Shown: positions 19,044-28,805, counted from the first letter of the stretch. The stretch is 32,000 nt of DNA from Mycoplasmoides pneumoniae FH (GCF_001272835.1 NZ_CP010546.1:452809-484808), one strand, 5' to 3'. The notes: a model not told the origin generated them from the letters alone. Program-made: numbers and translations.

Positions 19044-21959
19044 TTAAAAGCTGTTAATTCCACTAATCAACTGTTCTTCAATTTGATCCACTTCCTTAAA
19101 CATTTGCTTTTTGTGGCGTAAGGTAATGTGGATTTGGACATAGTTGTACGGACTTAACCAACCATTGATTAAACCAAAGCTAAACAGCGGTAAGCCATTG
19201 ACAAACACGCTAAACAAGGCCACAATCGCAATTAAGTAGAAGATCACTAGGTTAATCGTGCCGTTAATACCACCAAAGTTAAAGGCAGCGTACACAATGA
19301 AGAGTAGGATTAAAACACTGCTACCAATAAGATCTAACCTTCATTGGCTGTTAACATTGTCGTTAAAGAGGTTTTTCACAAAGACCCGGTCCTTCAAGCT
19401 GCGTTTAAACCAGTAACAGTAAGTCCAAATGGTAGTTTGACCAATGCGGGCTTGGAAGAACAGCCAGAACAGGTACACAAAGATAATTAGTTGAATTGTG
19501 GACTGGTCAATCCTAAAGATAAAGTTAGCGAGGTACATTGCCCCAAAAAGTCCAGCGGCTAACAGAATTAAAGCAATTAGGTAGCTAATCCCATAAGCGA
19601 CACCATAGCGCGGTAGCGAATACAAGAGATAGAGCAAGCTAATCACCCCCACACCTAACATAATGCCAGTACTCGATTCGATGTCAGCGGCTAAAAAGTT
19701 ACCTAACAGTTGTGGTGCGCCCAGATAAAGGCCGAGCATCACCACCCCAAAGGCGAGAACTGTCAACCAAATAAACAGCAAGCTCCACTTTTTCTTACCA
19801 AAGAAGTCGTGCTGGTTCTTACTGATAAAGAAGTCCGTTTGGATGTCGTTGTTTTCCGTTAAGATCGAGCAGTTACTCGATGTTTTGGTCAACGCTTGCG
19901 CGTCCTTTTTATAGAGGAAGAAGCGTCATTCTAACCCGGAATGGGATGACACAAACAACCACACTAAGATTACTCCTAAACCATAGTTTAAGAAGTAAGA
20001 GGTAATCGCTGAAACTGCCATTAAGGTACCTAACTGTTGTACCTGGTAGTTGGAGAGGTAAATCACGACTAAGGCACTCAATAACCAGCAAATGTGGGTT
20101 TCTATCATCGTGAAGAAACTACGTTTTAAACACAGTTTTCACGATTCCACAATTGAGGCGTTGTTCTTAATGTTACGCAAAAACAGTTCCGCCAGAGTGA
20201 TCAGGTTAATAATGTTAACGGCAACCACAAAGAAGATGCCGACAAACGAAAAGACATCAACGACACCACCAACGGCATTAAAGAAGGCGAGCGAAGAGAT
20301 GGCACTAAGCGCTAAGGCTAAGGCTTTGTAAAGGCCAAGTAGCTTGTAACGAATACCTAACGCAATTGTAGCGAGCAGGATAATTACACCCAAGGCAATG
20401 AAGCTCGAAGCAAAGTTAGAAACATCGCGTGCTAAAGTGTTGGAAAGCGGTGCATTAACTAACTTGGTGTTAGCAGCTGCAATGGTAGCGGTTTCGGGAA
20501 AACCATTGCTCAACAGCACCTTTACCCTACTAGCTTCCAAGTAAGAAGCAGGAACGTATGAACCATCATTGTTAACAAAGTTAGCTACTTGGAACTTAAT
20601 GTTACCACCGTGTTCTAAGCGTTGGTTATTGCTATCCAAAAAGCTTTGTAAAGTGGCGTTTACCTTAACCGGATCACCATTCTTAGCTACCGGATCTTCT
20701 GTTCTAATTTCTGCCAAGATGTAATTGGAGAATAAACCAGAAAAACCAGTAGCATCACCGCTGCGCAGTTTTCTAGTGTCCGCGCTGTTAGCTACAGTGA
20801 CAACATCAGCAGCGTCCTTATTGTTATTGTCTTTGGTTGCAACTTGTGAGAAATGTGTCGGTGCTGCATAGATGTAATAGATATTTTTTAAGGTAATGTC
20901 ACTAGCTTTGGTAATTGGTGAATTACCATTATTATTTTTTTGCAAAAACAAATTATCACCAGAGGAAAAGTTACCCTCAGCGTGCAAGAAGTCCCAGAGG
21001 TTCTTTTCACGTTCGTTAAAGGTGAGGTAATCAGTACCACCTTTAGGAACGTTAAAGATGTTGCGCACATACTGTACTGCACCTTCCTTATCCTTCCATA
21101 AAACTAAAGTTTTATTTCCGTTTTGTGCACTACCGTTAGCCTTGTCTTTAAATCATTTACCGCTACCTTCAACACTCTTTTGACCATTACCAGTATTATA
21201 GTCAGAATCAGTTAAACTCTTACTCTTAATAAAGTCCAAAAAGTCGTTGTGTAAAGATTCTTTGGTAATAACATTTTTGCTGAGCTTGTACTCAAACGTT
21301 AAGGCACTGTTGGTGTTTGTGGTTTGGGGAACAACTGCTGTAAGCGAATTTCTAATAAATTCCTTATCAAACGAGTCAAAAAGAACAATTCCGTCAGTGG
21401 TTTCTAACGAAAGTTTGTAGTTGTGTTCAATTGCACTTAAAGCGTTGCGCTTGACCTGTGCATCTATTTGCCGCTTTCGTGCTCGGGTACGCGCCTCTTC
21501 ACGACGTTGCTCAAAGGTAACAGAAATAGAGGGTAAACCATCATTAACTAGTCAAGAACTGTCAAAAACTCCTTTATCTGAAAGTTCTTTTGCACTTGTA
21601 TCGTGTGAGTTTTTCGTGATGTTAACAGACGAAAAACCCTGGGCGTAGAGGCTGTTGGCGTAACTCTTTTCAATATTGTTGAGAAAACCGTTCACATCGG
21701 TAATCATTTCAGTATTGTTACCGTTGCCATTGCCGTCCTTTTTCTGGGTAGGATCTAACTCCTTGTTAGCGTCCTTGGACTTATGGTTTAAAAAATAAAC
21801 AGTGGTGGTAGTGGAACCGTTGAACACTACCCCTAAGCGACTGTCGTTTAGAAGCTTATAACTACCAAAAATAATTCCAAACAGGCCCAAAAAAGCTAAG
21901 ACCAGGATAATTCCAATCTTTAAGAGCCAGTCAAAGGAAACCCGCTTTTTCAGTCCCAC
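19044..21959 (-). CDS. secD: Fused protein-export membrane protein SecDF (971 aa under table 4, GTG start)
   Basis: Track fragments 19044..19295, 19341..19892, 19926..20108, 20139..21068 and 21552..21959 all have end coordinate mod 3 = 2. I translated every gap and found only TGA codons (for example 21552, 21153, 20139, 19926, 19341). The protein has an N-terminal TM helix, a large extracytoplasmic domain, and then two blocks of TM helices. The start is uncertain by a few codons. Confidence 0.9.
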
Positions 21960-21962
21960 TGG

Positions 21963-24164
21963 ATGTTTTACAATTGACTTAAATTATATAAATTTAGCAA
22001 AATGGCCACTTTAGTTGAAATTGAACGCGATTTTTTACAAAAAACAGCCCAAAAATTTGCACCTGAAGTGGTTGCGTTGATTACTAAAGCACTCGATTAC
22101 TCCAAAAAGTGACACGGTGAGCAAAAAAGGCTGAGTGGTGAACCGTTTTTTATCCATCCCTTGAGAACAGCACTGCGCTTAGTGGAGTGAAACATGGACA
22201 GCAACACCGTGTGTGCTGGTCTGTTACACGACATTATTGAAGATACCCAGGTCACTGAAGCTGATTTAACTGCCATTTTTGGTAAAGAAATTACTGATTT
22301 AGTGGTAAAAGTTACCAAAATTACCAGTGAATCCAAAAAACAACGCCAGCTAAACCGAAAGAAAGAAGATTTAAACCTCAAAAGTTTGGTTAACATTGCG
22401 ATGAGCTCGCAGCAAGAGGTCAATGCTTTGGTGTTAAAGTTGGCCGACCGACTCGACAACATCTCCTCAATTGAATTTTTAGCAGTCGAAAAACAAAAGA
22501 TTATTGCTAAAGAAACACTCGAACTGTATGCCAAGATAGCCGGTCGAATTGGAATGTATCCCGTTAAAACTCAACTAGCCGATCTTTCCTTTAAGGTATT
22601 AGATCCAAAAAACTTTAACAATACGCTGTCCAAGATTAACCAGCAAAAGGTCTTTTATGACAACGAATGGGACAACTTTAAAAAACAGTTGGAAGAGATG
22701 CTGGAACAAAACCAGATTGAATACCGCTTAGAAAGTCGAATTAAAGGCATTTATTCTACTTATCAAAAATTAACCTTTCACGAGCAGAACATTGCCAAAA
22801 TCCACGATCTGTTCGCCATTCGTTTAATTGTGAAGTCAGAGTTGGATTGTTACCACTTACTTGGTTTAATCCACCTCAACTTTACCGTGTTAATGAAACA
22901 CTTTAAGGATTACATAGCATCCCCCAAACAAAACTTTTACCAATCAATCCACACGACTGTGCGCTTGAAGGGTTTAAATGTGGAAATCCAGATTAGAACC
23001 CAACGAATGGATCATGTGAGCAAGTACGGTTTTGCTAGCCACTGGATTTACAAAGAGAAAAAGGAAGGGTTATTGGCAAGTGCTTTACAAGTAAATTACT
23101 TAAACAGTAAACAAATGCATTCGCGCGATTTTTTTAAACGAATCTTTGGTACTGATATTATTAAGGTTAATGTAAGTTCCGATAACGAACCTAACATAGT
23201 CAAAAAACTCAATGTTGAAAGTAACAGCAAGTTGCTCGATATTGCTTATGAGTTGTATCCCAAACAGTTCAATAAATTAGAAAAAATCAAACTCGATGGG
23301 GTTGAGGTTATGTCGTTTGACGTAACTGCCGAAAACGAAATGGTAATTGAGTTTTGTTTTGGTAAAACCAATAACCTCAAACGGCGTTGGTTACGTTATA
23401 TGAATAACCCCGTATTTCGCGAACGGGTTAAAAAGGATTTAAACAAGTTAAAGAAAGCGGTTAAGTACAGTGAACTACCTCTATACGAAAAGGCCTTGGA
23501 AGAGTTGCACTTAAAGCTAGCTGATGAAACCCAGATTAAACAACGCTTAAATGCTTTAGGGATCAAAAAACTGACAGAGTTCTTGGAATTAATCGAATAC
23601 CCCCACTTCCCTAAAAATGAGCATTTGTACTTTTTAGCTAGTAACAATCAGAAGTGAAGGGAATTGATTAAACCCATTAAGTTCGCTTTATCACAAGCTG
23701 TGTTCCAAAACTCTTACTTTGAACAAATTGAGGGAATTTACATCACCAAAATTGTGATTGAAACCTGTTGCACAAAGATTCCTGACATGCCAGAACAAGT
23801 TATTGGCATCTTAATGAAAAACATTCTCAGGGTACACCTTCATGATTGTAGGGAATTAGCTAATCAAAAGCAACCCAAAATTATTCCACTTTATTGAAAT
23901 GCACACCAATTAAAGATGCGACCACGTAAATTCCGCTGTCAAATTAACATTCGCGGTGTATGGAGTGAAACAACGGTCAATAAAATTGTTCAAACCATTA
24001 TTGAAGGTGATAGCTATTTAGAACGAATTATTCCCAAGATCGATAAACAAAAAGATGAGTTTGAGCTCAACATTACTATGTTTATCGACAACTATCACCA
24101 ACTAATCACAATTATGGAGCAGATTACTACTAAGAATATTAGCTACGTTTGAAAGTACCTTTAA
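21963..24164 (+). CDS. spoT: Bifunctional (p)ppGpp synthetase/hydrolase Rel/SpoT (733 aa from ATG 21963; 720 aa if ATG 22002 is the true start)
   Basis: Track ORFs 22194..23657, 23664..23897 and 23916..24152 share frame 0 with ATG 22002 and ATG 21963. They join through TGA at 22110, 22188, 23655, 23895 and 24150. The stop is TAA 24162-24164. The HD hydrolase motifs are [17 protein letters not shown] and LLHDIIEDT, and the synthetase motifs are FAIRLIV and EIQIRTQRM. Confidence 0.93.
21983..21988 (-). promoter_or_regulatory. Candidate -10 box (TATAAT) for secDF
   Basis: The minus strand reads a perfect TATAAT 24 nt upstream of GTG 21959. Confidence 0.4.
21987..21993 (+). promoter_or_regulatory. 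Candidate -10 box (TATAAAT) for rel/spoT
   Basis: The plus strand reads TATAAAT ending 8 nt before ATG 22002. It shares bases with the minus-strand TATAAT. Confidence 0.4.
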
Positions 24165-24817
24165 CTTTCAAATACTTCGTCATAAACATCTTGGTTCTTT
24201 TGTAAAAGTAACACTAAGTGTTTCTTCAATAGCCTTTGTGGGTTAAAGCGCGATACTCGTACCCCATAAACGCGTTTGGTGAAAATAAACAATAAGGCAC
24301 CAGAAACAACAAATGTACCAATAATAGATACCCCGACATAAAAGACAATTTGTGAAATATTAGTTACGTATTCCTTGAACTGATCATTTTCGTTAGGATT
24401 TGGAAAACGTTTTAAGATTTCGTCCACGTATTGATTAATCTTTTCAATTGTGTTCTTAACTTCAGTAAAAGTAGATCCTTTTGAGAAGTTGTTAACCTTG
24501 CTTAATGAATCTTCGAGTTGGTTAAAACTGCTTTCTAAAGCACTGTCATCCAGTAATTTTGTCAATTCTTTTCCTTCTTTAATTGAACTTTCAACATCAC
24601 CTAACGTTTTTACAAGTTCGTTACTAGAAAGTGACTTTGAAACTTTTTTAATTTCCTCGTTATATTGTTTAACCTTGTTATAACCTTCCTTGTAATAGTT
24701 ATTAATAGGTTCACGGTTTTCAAAGGCAAAGTAACCCGCTGCTGTAATGCCACCAACAAGTAGAATACCAATCAAAACAATTAGGAAAGTGGAAAGCTTT
24801 TTTAAAAACTTAAACAT
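24161..24817 (-). CDS. Two-TM coiled-coil membrane protein (218 aa), paralog of the next gene
   Basis: This is an intact track ORF. It has an N-terminal TM helix ([20 protein letters not shown]), a ~130-aa helical E/K/S-rich domain, a second TM helix ([23 protein letters not shown]) and an acidic tail. Its ATG overlaps the upstream stop by 1 nt. Confidence 0.85.
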   Translation of the reverse strand: MFKFLKKLSTFLIVLIGILLVGGITAAGYFAFENREPINNYYKEGYNKVKQYNEEIKKVSKSLSSNELVKTLGDVESSIKEGKELTKLLDDSALESSFNQLEDSLSKVNNFSKGSTFTEVKNTIEKINQYVDEILKRFPNPNENDQFKEYVTNISQIVFYVGVSIIGTFVVSGALLFIFTKRVYGVRVSRFNPQRLLKKHLVLLLQKNQDVYDEVFES

Positions 24818-25680
24818 TATTGATCAAGCTCCTCTAAAACAGCATCTTCCAACTCTGGATAACGATCTAAGATGTCATTAACATGATCAGCAATTTGATC
24901 AGTACTGGTTAAACGCGAAAACGTTCTAAGTCCTAACTTTTTCGAACCTAAGAAGGTCATTACAGTAGAGACTATTAGCACTGCTAAAACGCCACCAGAA
25001 ACACTAACTAAGGTAATTGCGCCTATGGTGTAATATTCATTAAACTGTTTTTCTGTTGGAATTTTGTTTTTAATTTCTTTGTACTGTTTAATGATGTCAT
25101 TTGCTTGTGTAGAGAACTCTTGAATATCTTTCAAAGCACTATTGGTTTTACCGTTAGTATCTCTGGTACTTACACTAATTGTTGAACCAGAAATCTTAGT
25201 AATTGGAATAGTCGAAGAAGATGTGCCATTTTGACCAGTTTTACCATTATTAGCGGTTTTTAAAGTATTTGCATACTTTTCTATTTGACTCTTAGTAGCT
25301 TGTAGACTCTTCTTAGCTTCTTGTAACTCCTTTAGTTTTTCCGGACTCACAAGATAGCCGTTTAAGCCTTTAGCTTGGTTTATTTGCTTTTCGTACTCCT
25401 CTAACTTTTTAGTTGATTCTTCAACTTTCTTCTTAACCTCTTCTATTTGTTTATTAATGGATTCAACACTAAACTTACTGGAACTTCCATTATAAGTATC
25501 TATAAACGCTTGAGAAGAGTCAAAGGAACTGTCGATCGATTTGCGGGTATCAATGTAAAGTTTAGCTGCGTTGTCTTTAAAGTAAAGTGCAGCACCGCCA
25601 AGACCTAACAAAACCAAAAAGACAAGCATCCCGAAGAACAGAATGATTGTTTTGGCAAAGCGATTAATAAAAAGGAGCAT
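24817..25680 (-). CDS. Two-TM coiled-coil membrane protein (287 aa), paralog of 24161..24817
   Basis: This is an intact track ORF with the same architecture: TM1 [23 protein letters not shown], a helical KE-rich domain, the motif QFNEYYT before TM2 (QFKEYVT in the paralog), and the acidic tail [12 protein letters not shown]. Confidence 0.85.
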   Translation of the reverse strand: MLLFINRFAKTIILFFGMLVFLVLLGLGGAALYFKDNAAKLYIDTRKSIDSSFDSSQAFIDTYNGSSSKFSVESINKQIEEVKKKVEESTKKLEEYEKQINQAKGLNGYLVSPEKLKELQEAKKSLQATKSQIEKYANTLKTANNGKTGQNGTSSSTIPITKISGSTISVSTRDTNGKTNSALKDIQEFSTQANDIIKQYKEIKNKIPTEKQFNEYYTIGAITLVSVSGGVLAVLIVSTVMTFLGSKKLGLRTFSRLTSTDQIADHVNDILDRYPELEDAVLEELDQ

Positions 25681-25741
25681 TTAAAAGCTTAAGTTAGGCT
25701 TAAGGTTAATATATTTAACCAAACGGACAACCCGCTAAAGG

Positions 25742-27490
25742 TTAAGTTCGAATCTCTTGGAAAACATTTTCCCGATCCAATTTTTCTTTCAATTCCGCTA
25801 CAACGGTTTCATCTTTAGAAACATTAGTAATATTGAGAATTTCGGCGTTATCACGTAATACACCGATTAAATCAGTAACTGATTTGCTCATATCAGTGAC
25901 ACTACCAATAACTGGTTGGAACTTATCGGTACTCTTTAATGCCACTTGTTCTTGTGGACTTTCAAACTTCACGGTGTACTTTAAACCCGGACGGAGGTTT
26001 TTCACTCCATATTCAAAGACAACCCCAATAAGTTCAGCGCGTTGTACAATTTCCTTTTGGAACTCACTATCACGGGTAGCGCGTTCCGCTTCGTAAGCAC
26101 TGGCACCCGGATAGTAATTTTCGTTCACCCGGTACATCGTGTTGCCGCCATGAGTGTAAGTTTCCTCTAAGTGGAGATTAATGTCTTTTAGAGCAGCGTA
26201 AACGGTGTCGTTGTCTTTATTGACATTTTTTTCATTAGTGTTTTTCACCAAATAACGGTCAATGTAACCACCAGCTCAGTAACCTTGCATTTGTCGTTCA
26301 AAACGACGACGAATGTAAATGTCACTAACAGCACGCTTTAACTTAGATGCATCAATATTGTCTTGGTTATCTTTAAGTTCTAAACTAGTTAAATCAATGT
26401 AATTAAACGGCTTGGAAGCAAAAAGGTCATAGATAATATTAGTGTGATCGCCTAAAACTAGTGGATTAAAACCAAAGTTATTGTCTTGGTTAGTAGAGTA
26501 AAACTCCAACTCTAACACGTTTTTAAAAATTTGCTTAGCAACATTAATCGAGTGGTAGTCACCATAAATTGACACCTTTTTAACGCTTTCTGGTAATTCC
26601 AAATCCTTTAAGGTAGAACCATCACCAGTTAAACCATTAATGATGACGTAATCAGGATTACGTTGTTTTAAATTGAGGTTAATGCCGTCAGTATTACCTT
26701 GCTTAATCCTTGGAGCATCAAAGGCAATCGTTTTTATTTGCTTAAAGTGATGGTTTGGGTAAACGTTGTATAACGGTGAACCGTTAGCAACATAGTAATT
26801 CCACTCTTTAAACAAGTACTCGCTTTGTCCATTGGAGCCAGCATAGTAAGCCTTATCCACGTCATGGAACCAACCAGGGAACTTAGGGACACCTTGATCG
26901 ACAAAGATATCATCGTAAGCCCTATTGTTAGCAGTTAAAGTGCCGTTGGTAGTTTGCAAAATTGGCATTACTACCCGGTTGTTAAAGTATTCGGTTGATT
27001 GGTAATATTTGAGCGTTTTCCCGTCCGCTGCTACTTGGTCGTAGTAACCCGCTTTAAAGTTTGGCGTGATAAAGGTAGAACTGGTTTTAATCAAACCGCT
27101 CACCTCTACCTTAGGCACTGGTCGAAGTAAGTCTTTTGGTGCATCAGTAATTGCTTCTGATAAGTTATTGGCAAAATTACGGAAATCCTCACGGAAGTTG
27201 GAACCATCACCAAGATCGATTTCACTGCGGTATCCCCCATCGGTTAACGAAATCGAATTAAGTTTAGACTTGGCGTTTTGGTTTACCTTGGAATAAAGCT
27301 GGAAACTCAGGTTACCACTGCGCCCCGAAGCAATGAGTGTTTCACCACTTTGTAGCCTTAATACCTCATTAACGATTAGAACTGCGGAAAAAGCATTTAT
27401 TGCAGCACCAAAGAGACCAAGCGCTCAGAAACCACCCTTTTTGAGGCGCTTTAGCGTCTTTTTGTCCTTGATTTTGAAATTTAATTTCAT
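25742..27490 (-). CDS. ibpM: N-terminally anchored surface protein (582 aa); the position matches what I recall as the protein M / IbpM immunoglobulin-binding family (MG281/MPN400)
   Basis: Track ORFs 25742..26251 and 26276..27118 share a frame with ATG 27490 (MKLNFKIKDKKTLKRLKKGGFWALGLFGAAINAFSAVLIV, a basic n-region plus a TM anchor). They join through TGA at 27425 and 26276. The function comes from remembered synteny, not from a motif I can verify here. Confidence 0.8.
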
Positions 27491-27723
27491 CTTTTTTAAT
27501 AGTTTAAAATTGCAGAACTAAAACAGTTCTTACTCAACTAAATACTTGAACTACCTCAACGACAACGGGAAATTTAATTGAACACCTATTAAAGATATAG
27601 TGTTCTTCTCTATTTTAGATTTAGTAATCCCTAAAGGAGAAAATTTACGCCAAATGTGTACCAAAAAAAGAGAAATTTTTGGCGATTACGTTATTCATTT
27701 CTTTCCAAAATAGAGGTTAAGCG

Positions 27724-27752
27724 ATAATAAAAGCACCCGCTAAGCAGGTGCT
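27724..27752 (-). terminator. Intrinsic terminator after the tRNA operon
   Basis: The minus strand reads AGCACC-tgcttagcg-GGTGCT followed by TTTTATTAT, about 25 nt after the tRNA-Gly 3' end. Confidence 0.6.
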
Positions 27753-27777
27753 AACCTTCTTTTGGAAATGTTTAAAC

Positions 27778-27851
27778 TGGAGCGAGTAATCGGAATCGAA
27801 CCGACACGATCAGCTTGGAAGGCTGATGTTCTACCACTAAACTATACTCGC
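27778..27851 (-). tRNA. trnG: tRNA-Gly (anticodon UCC), CCA encoded
   Basis: The reverse complement folds as a cloverleaf: acceptor GCGAGTA/TACTCGC, anticodon stem TCAGC/GCTGA with loop CTTCCAA, and T-arm GTCGG-TTCGATT-CCGAT. Length is 74 nt. Confidence 0.93.
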
Positions 27852-27857
27852 AGAACT

Positions 27858-27943
27858 TGGTGCCCAAAGCCGGACTTGAACCGGCACGCTATTGCTAGCG
27901 TGGGATCTTAAATCCCATGCGTCTACCATTCCGCCACTTGGGC
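27858..27943 (-). tRNA. trnL: tRNA-Leu (anticodon UAA), long variable arm, CCA encoded
   Basis: The acceptor is GCCCAAG/TTTGGGC, the anticodon stem is TGGGA/TCCCA with loop TTTAAGA, the variable arm is CGCTAGCAATAGCGT, and the T-arm is GCCGG-TTCAAGT-CCGGC. Length is 86 nt. Confidence 0.93.
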
Positions 27944-28018
27944 TGGTGACTCACCCGAGGATCGAACTCGGGACCCTTTGATTAAAAGTCAAATGCTCTA
28001 CCGCTGAGCTAGTGAGTC
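27944..28018 (-). tRNA. trnK: tRNA-Lys (anticodon UUU), CCA encoded
   Basis: The acceptor is GACTCAC/GTGAGTC, the anticodon stem is TTTGA/TCAAA with loop CTTTTAA, and the T-arm is CCGAG-TTCGATC-CTCGG. Length is 75 nt, and it abuts tRNA-Leu with no spacer. Confidence 0.93.
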
Positions 28019-28023
28019 AATAA

Positions 28024-28039
28024 ACAGGGTTGCCCCTGT
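28024..28039 (-). other. GNRA-capped hairpin in the 43-nt Gln-Lys tRNA spacer
   Basis: The minus strand reads ACAGGG-GCAA-CCCTGT: a 6-bp stem with 4 G:C pairs and a GCAA tetraloop. Confidence 0.5.
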
Positions 28040-28061
28040 CATTTTATGAATGCTTTTTTAC

Positions 28062-28136
28062 TGGCTGGGATGGATGGGATCGAACCATCGCATGATAGAG
28101 TCAAAGTCTATTGCCTTACCGCTTGGCTACATCCCA
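28062..28136 (-). tRNA. trnQ: tRNA-Gln (anticodon UUG), CCA encoded
   Basis: The acceptor is TGGGATG/CATCCCA, the anticodon stem is ATAGA/TCTAT with loop CTTTGAC, and the T-arm is GATGG-TTCGATC-CCATC. Length is 75 nt. Confidence 0.92.
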
Positions 28137-28141
28137 ATAAA

Positions 28142-28228
28142 TGGTGGACAGGGAGAGATTCGAACTCCCGAAACCATGAAGGTGTCTGATCTACAGTCAG
28201 AAGCGTTTAGCCACTTCGCTACCTGTCC
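28142..28228 (-). tRNA. trnY: tRNA-Tyr (anticodon GUA), long variable arm, CCA encoded
   Basis: The acceptor is GGACAGG/CCTGTCC, the anticodon stem is TCTGA/TCAGA with loop CTGTAGA, there is a class II variable arm, and the T-arm is GGGAG-TTCGAAT-CTCTC. Length is 87 nt. Confidence 0.92.
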
Positions 28229-28245
28229 AATAACCAGCAAAAGAT

Positions 28246-28251
28246 ATTTTA
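28246..28251 (-). promoter_or_regulatory. Candidate -10 box (TAAAAT) for the tRNA operon
   Basis: The minus strand reads TAAAAT in the 29-nt gap between the greA stop (28258) and the tRNA-Tyr 5' end (28228), 18 nt upstream of the mature 5' end. Confidence 0.45.
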
Positions 28252-28257
28252 CAAAAA

Positions 28258-28740
28258 TTATCCGTTAATGATCTTAACAATTTTGACCCGGTAGGGCACT
28301 TCTATGCCAACTACGTCACATTCATCATCCACTAAACGACCATAAATGGCGTGTGCCAAAGGGGATTCATTGGAGATGCGGTGTTCTTCGGGATTAGCTT
28401 CTAAAGCTCCCACAATGGTGTACTTTTCGTGTGTTTTCGAACTGTAATCGTAAATTTCGACCGTACTACCCAGGGTAACCTTATTAGCCTTTTTTGTTTG
28501 CGACTCATTAATTAACTTAACGTTGGCTAAAATGTCTTGGATTTCAGCAATGCGGGTTTCAATTTCACCCTGCTGTGCTTTTGCTGCATCGTAATCAGCG
28601 TTTTCACTCAAGTCACCCTGGTCACGGGCTTCTTGCAATAACTTAATAATAGCGGGACGTTTTACTTGAATGAGGTGTTCCAGCTCCGCTTCTAATTGTT
28701 TTAGCCCCTCTTCGGTAAGGTAATTTTTGTTAAGTTCCAT
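28258..28740 (-). CDS. greA: Transcription elongation factor GreA (160 aa)
   Basis: This is an intact track ORF. It has the N-terminal coiled-coil LTEEGLKQLEAELEHL and the acidic tip DLSENADYDAAK, followed by a C-terminal globular domain. Confidence 0.96.
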   Translation of the reverse strand: MELNKNYLTEEGLKQLEAELEHLIQVKRPAIIKLLQEARDQGDLSENADYDAAKAQQGEIETRIAEIQDILANVKLINESQTKKANKVTLGSTVEIYDYSSKTHEKYTIVGALEANPEEHRISNESPLAHAIYGRLVDDECDVVGIEVPYRVKIVKIING

Positions 28741-28805
28741 TAATTAGAAATTGCGTTTAAAGTTAAATTAAATCTACTTTTTTTTCCCAATATTTGCCAA
28801 AAAAA

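Noticed and set aside
22097-22534. A 145-aa minus-strand ORF overlaps the 5' part of rel/spoT.
   Set aside because: It lies antisense to the conserved HD-domain coding sequence, has no recognisable motifs, and shows Ser/Cys/Phe-rich composition typical of an antisense artefact.
27655-27712. Two tiny ORFs overlap the alternative-hairpin region (plus strand MCTKKREIFGDYVIHFFPK, 19 aa; minus strand MNNVIAKNFSFFGTHLA, 17 aa).
   Set aside because: They have no distinctive composition and no start or stop context. Their lengths are in the range expected by chance in AT-rich spacer sequence, so I treat the region as RNA or regulatory rather than coding.
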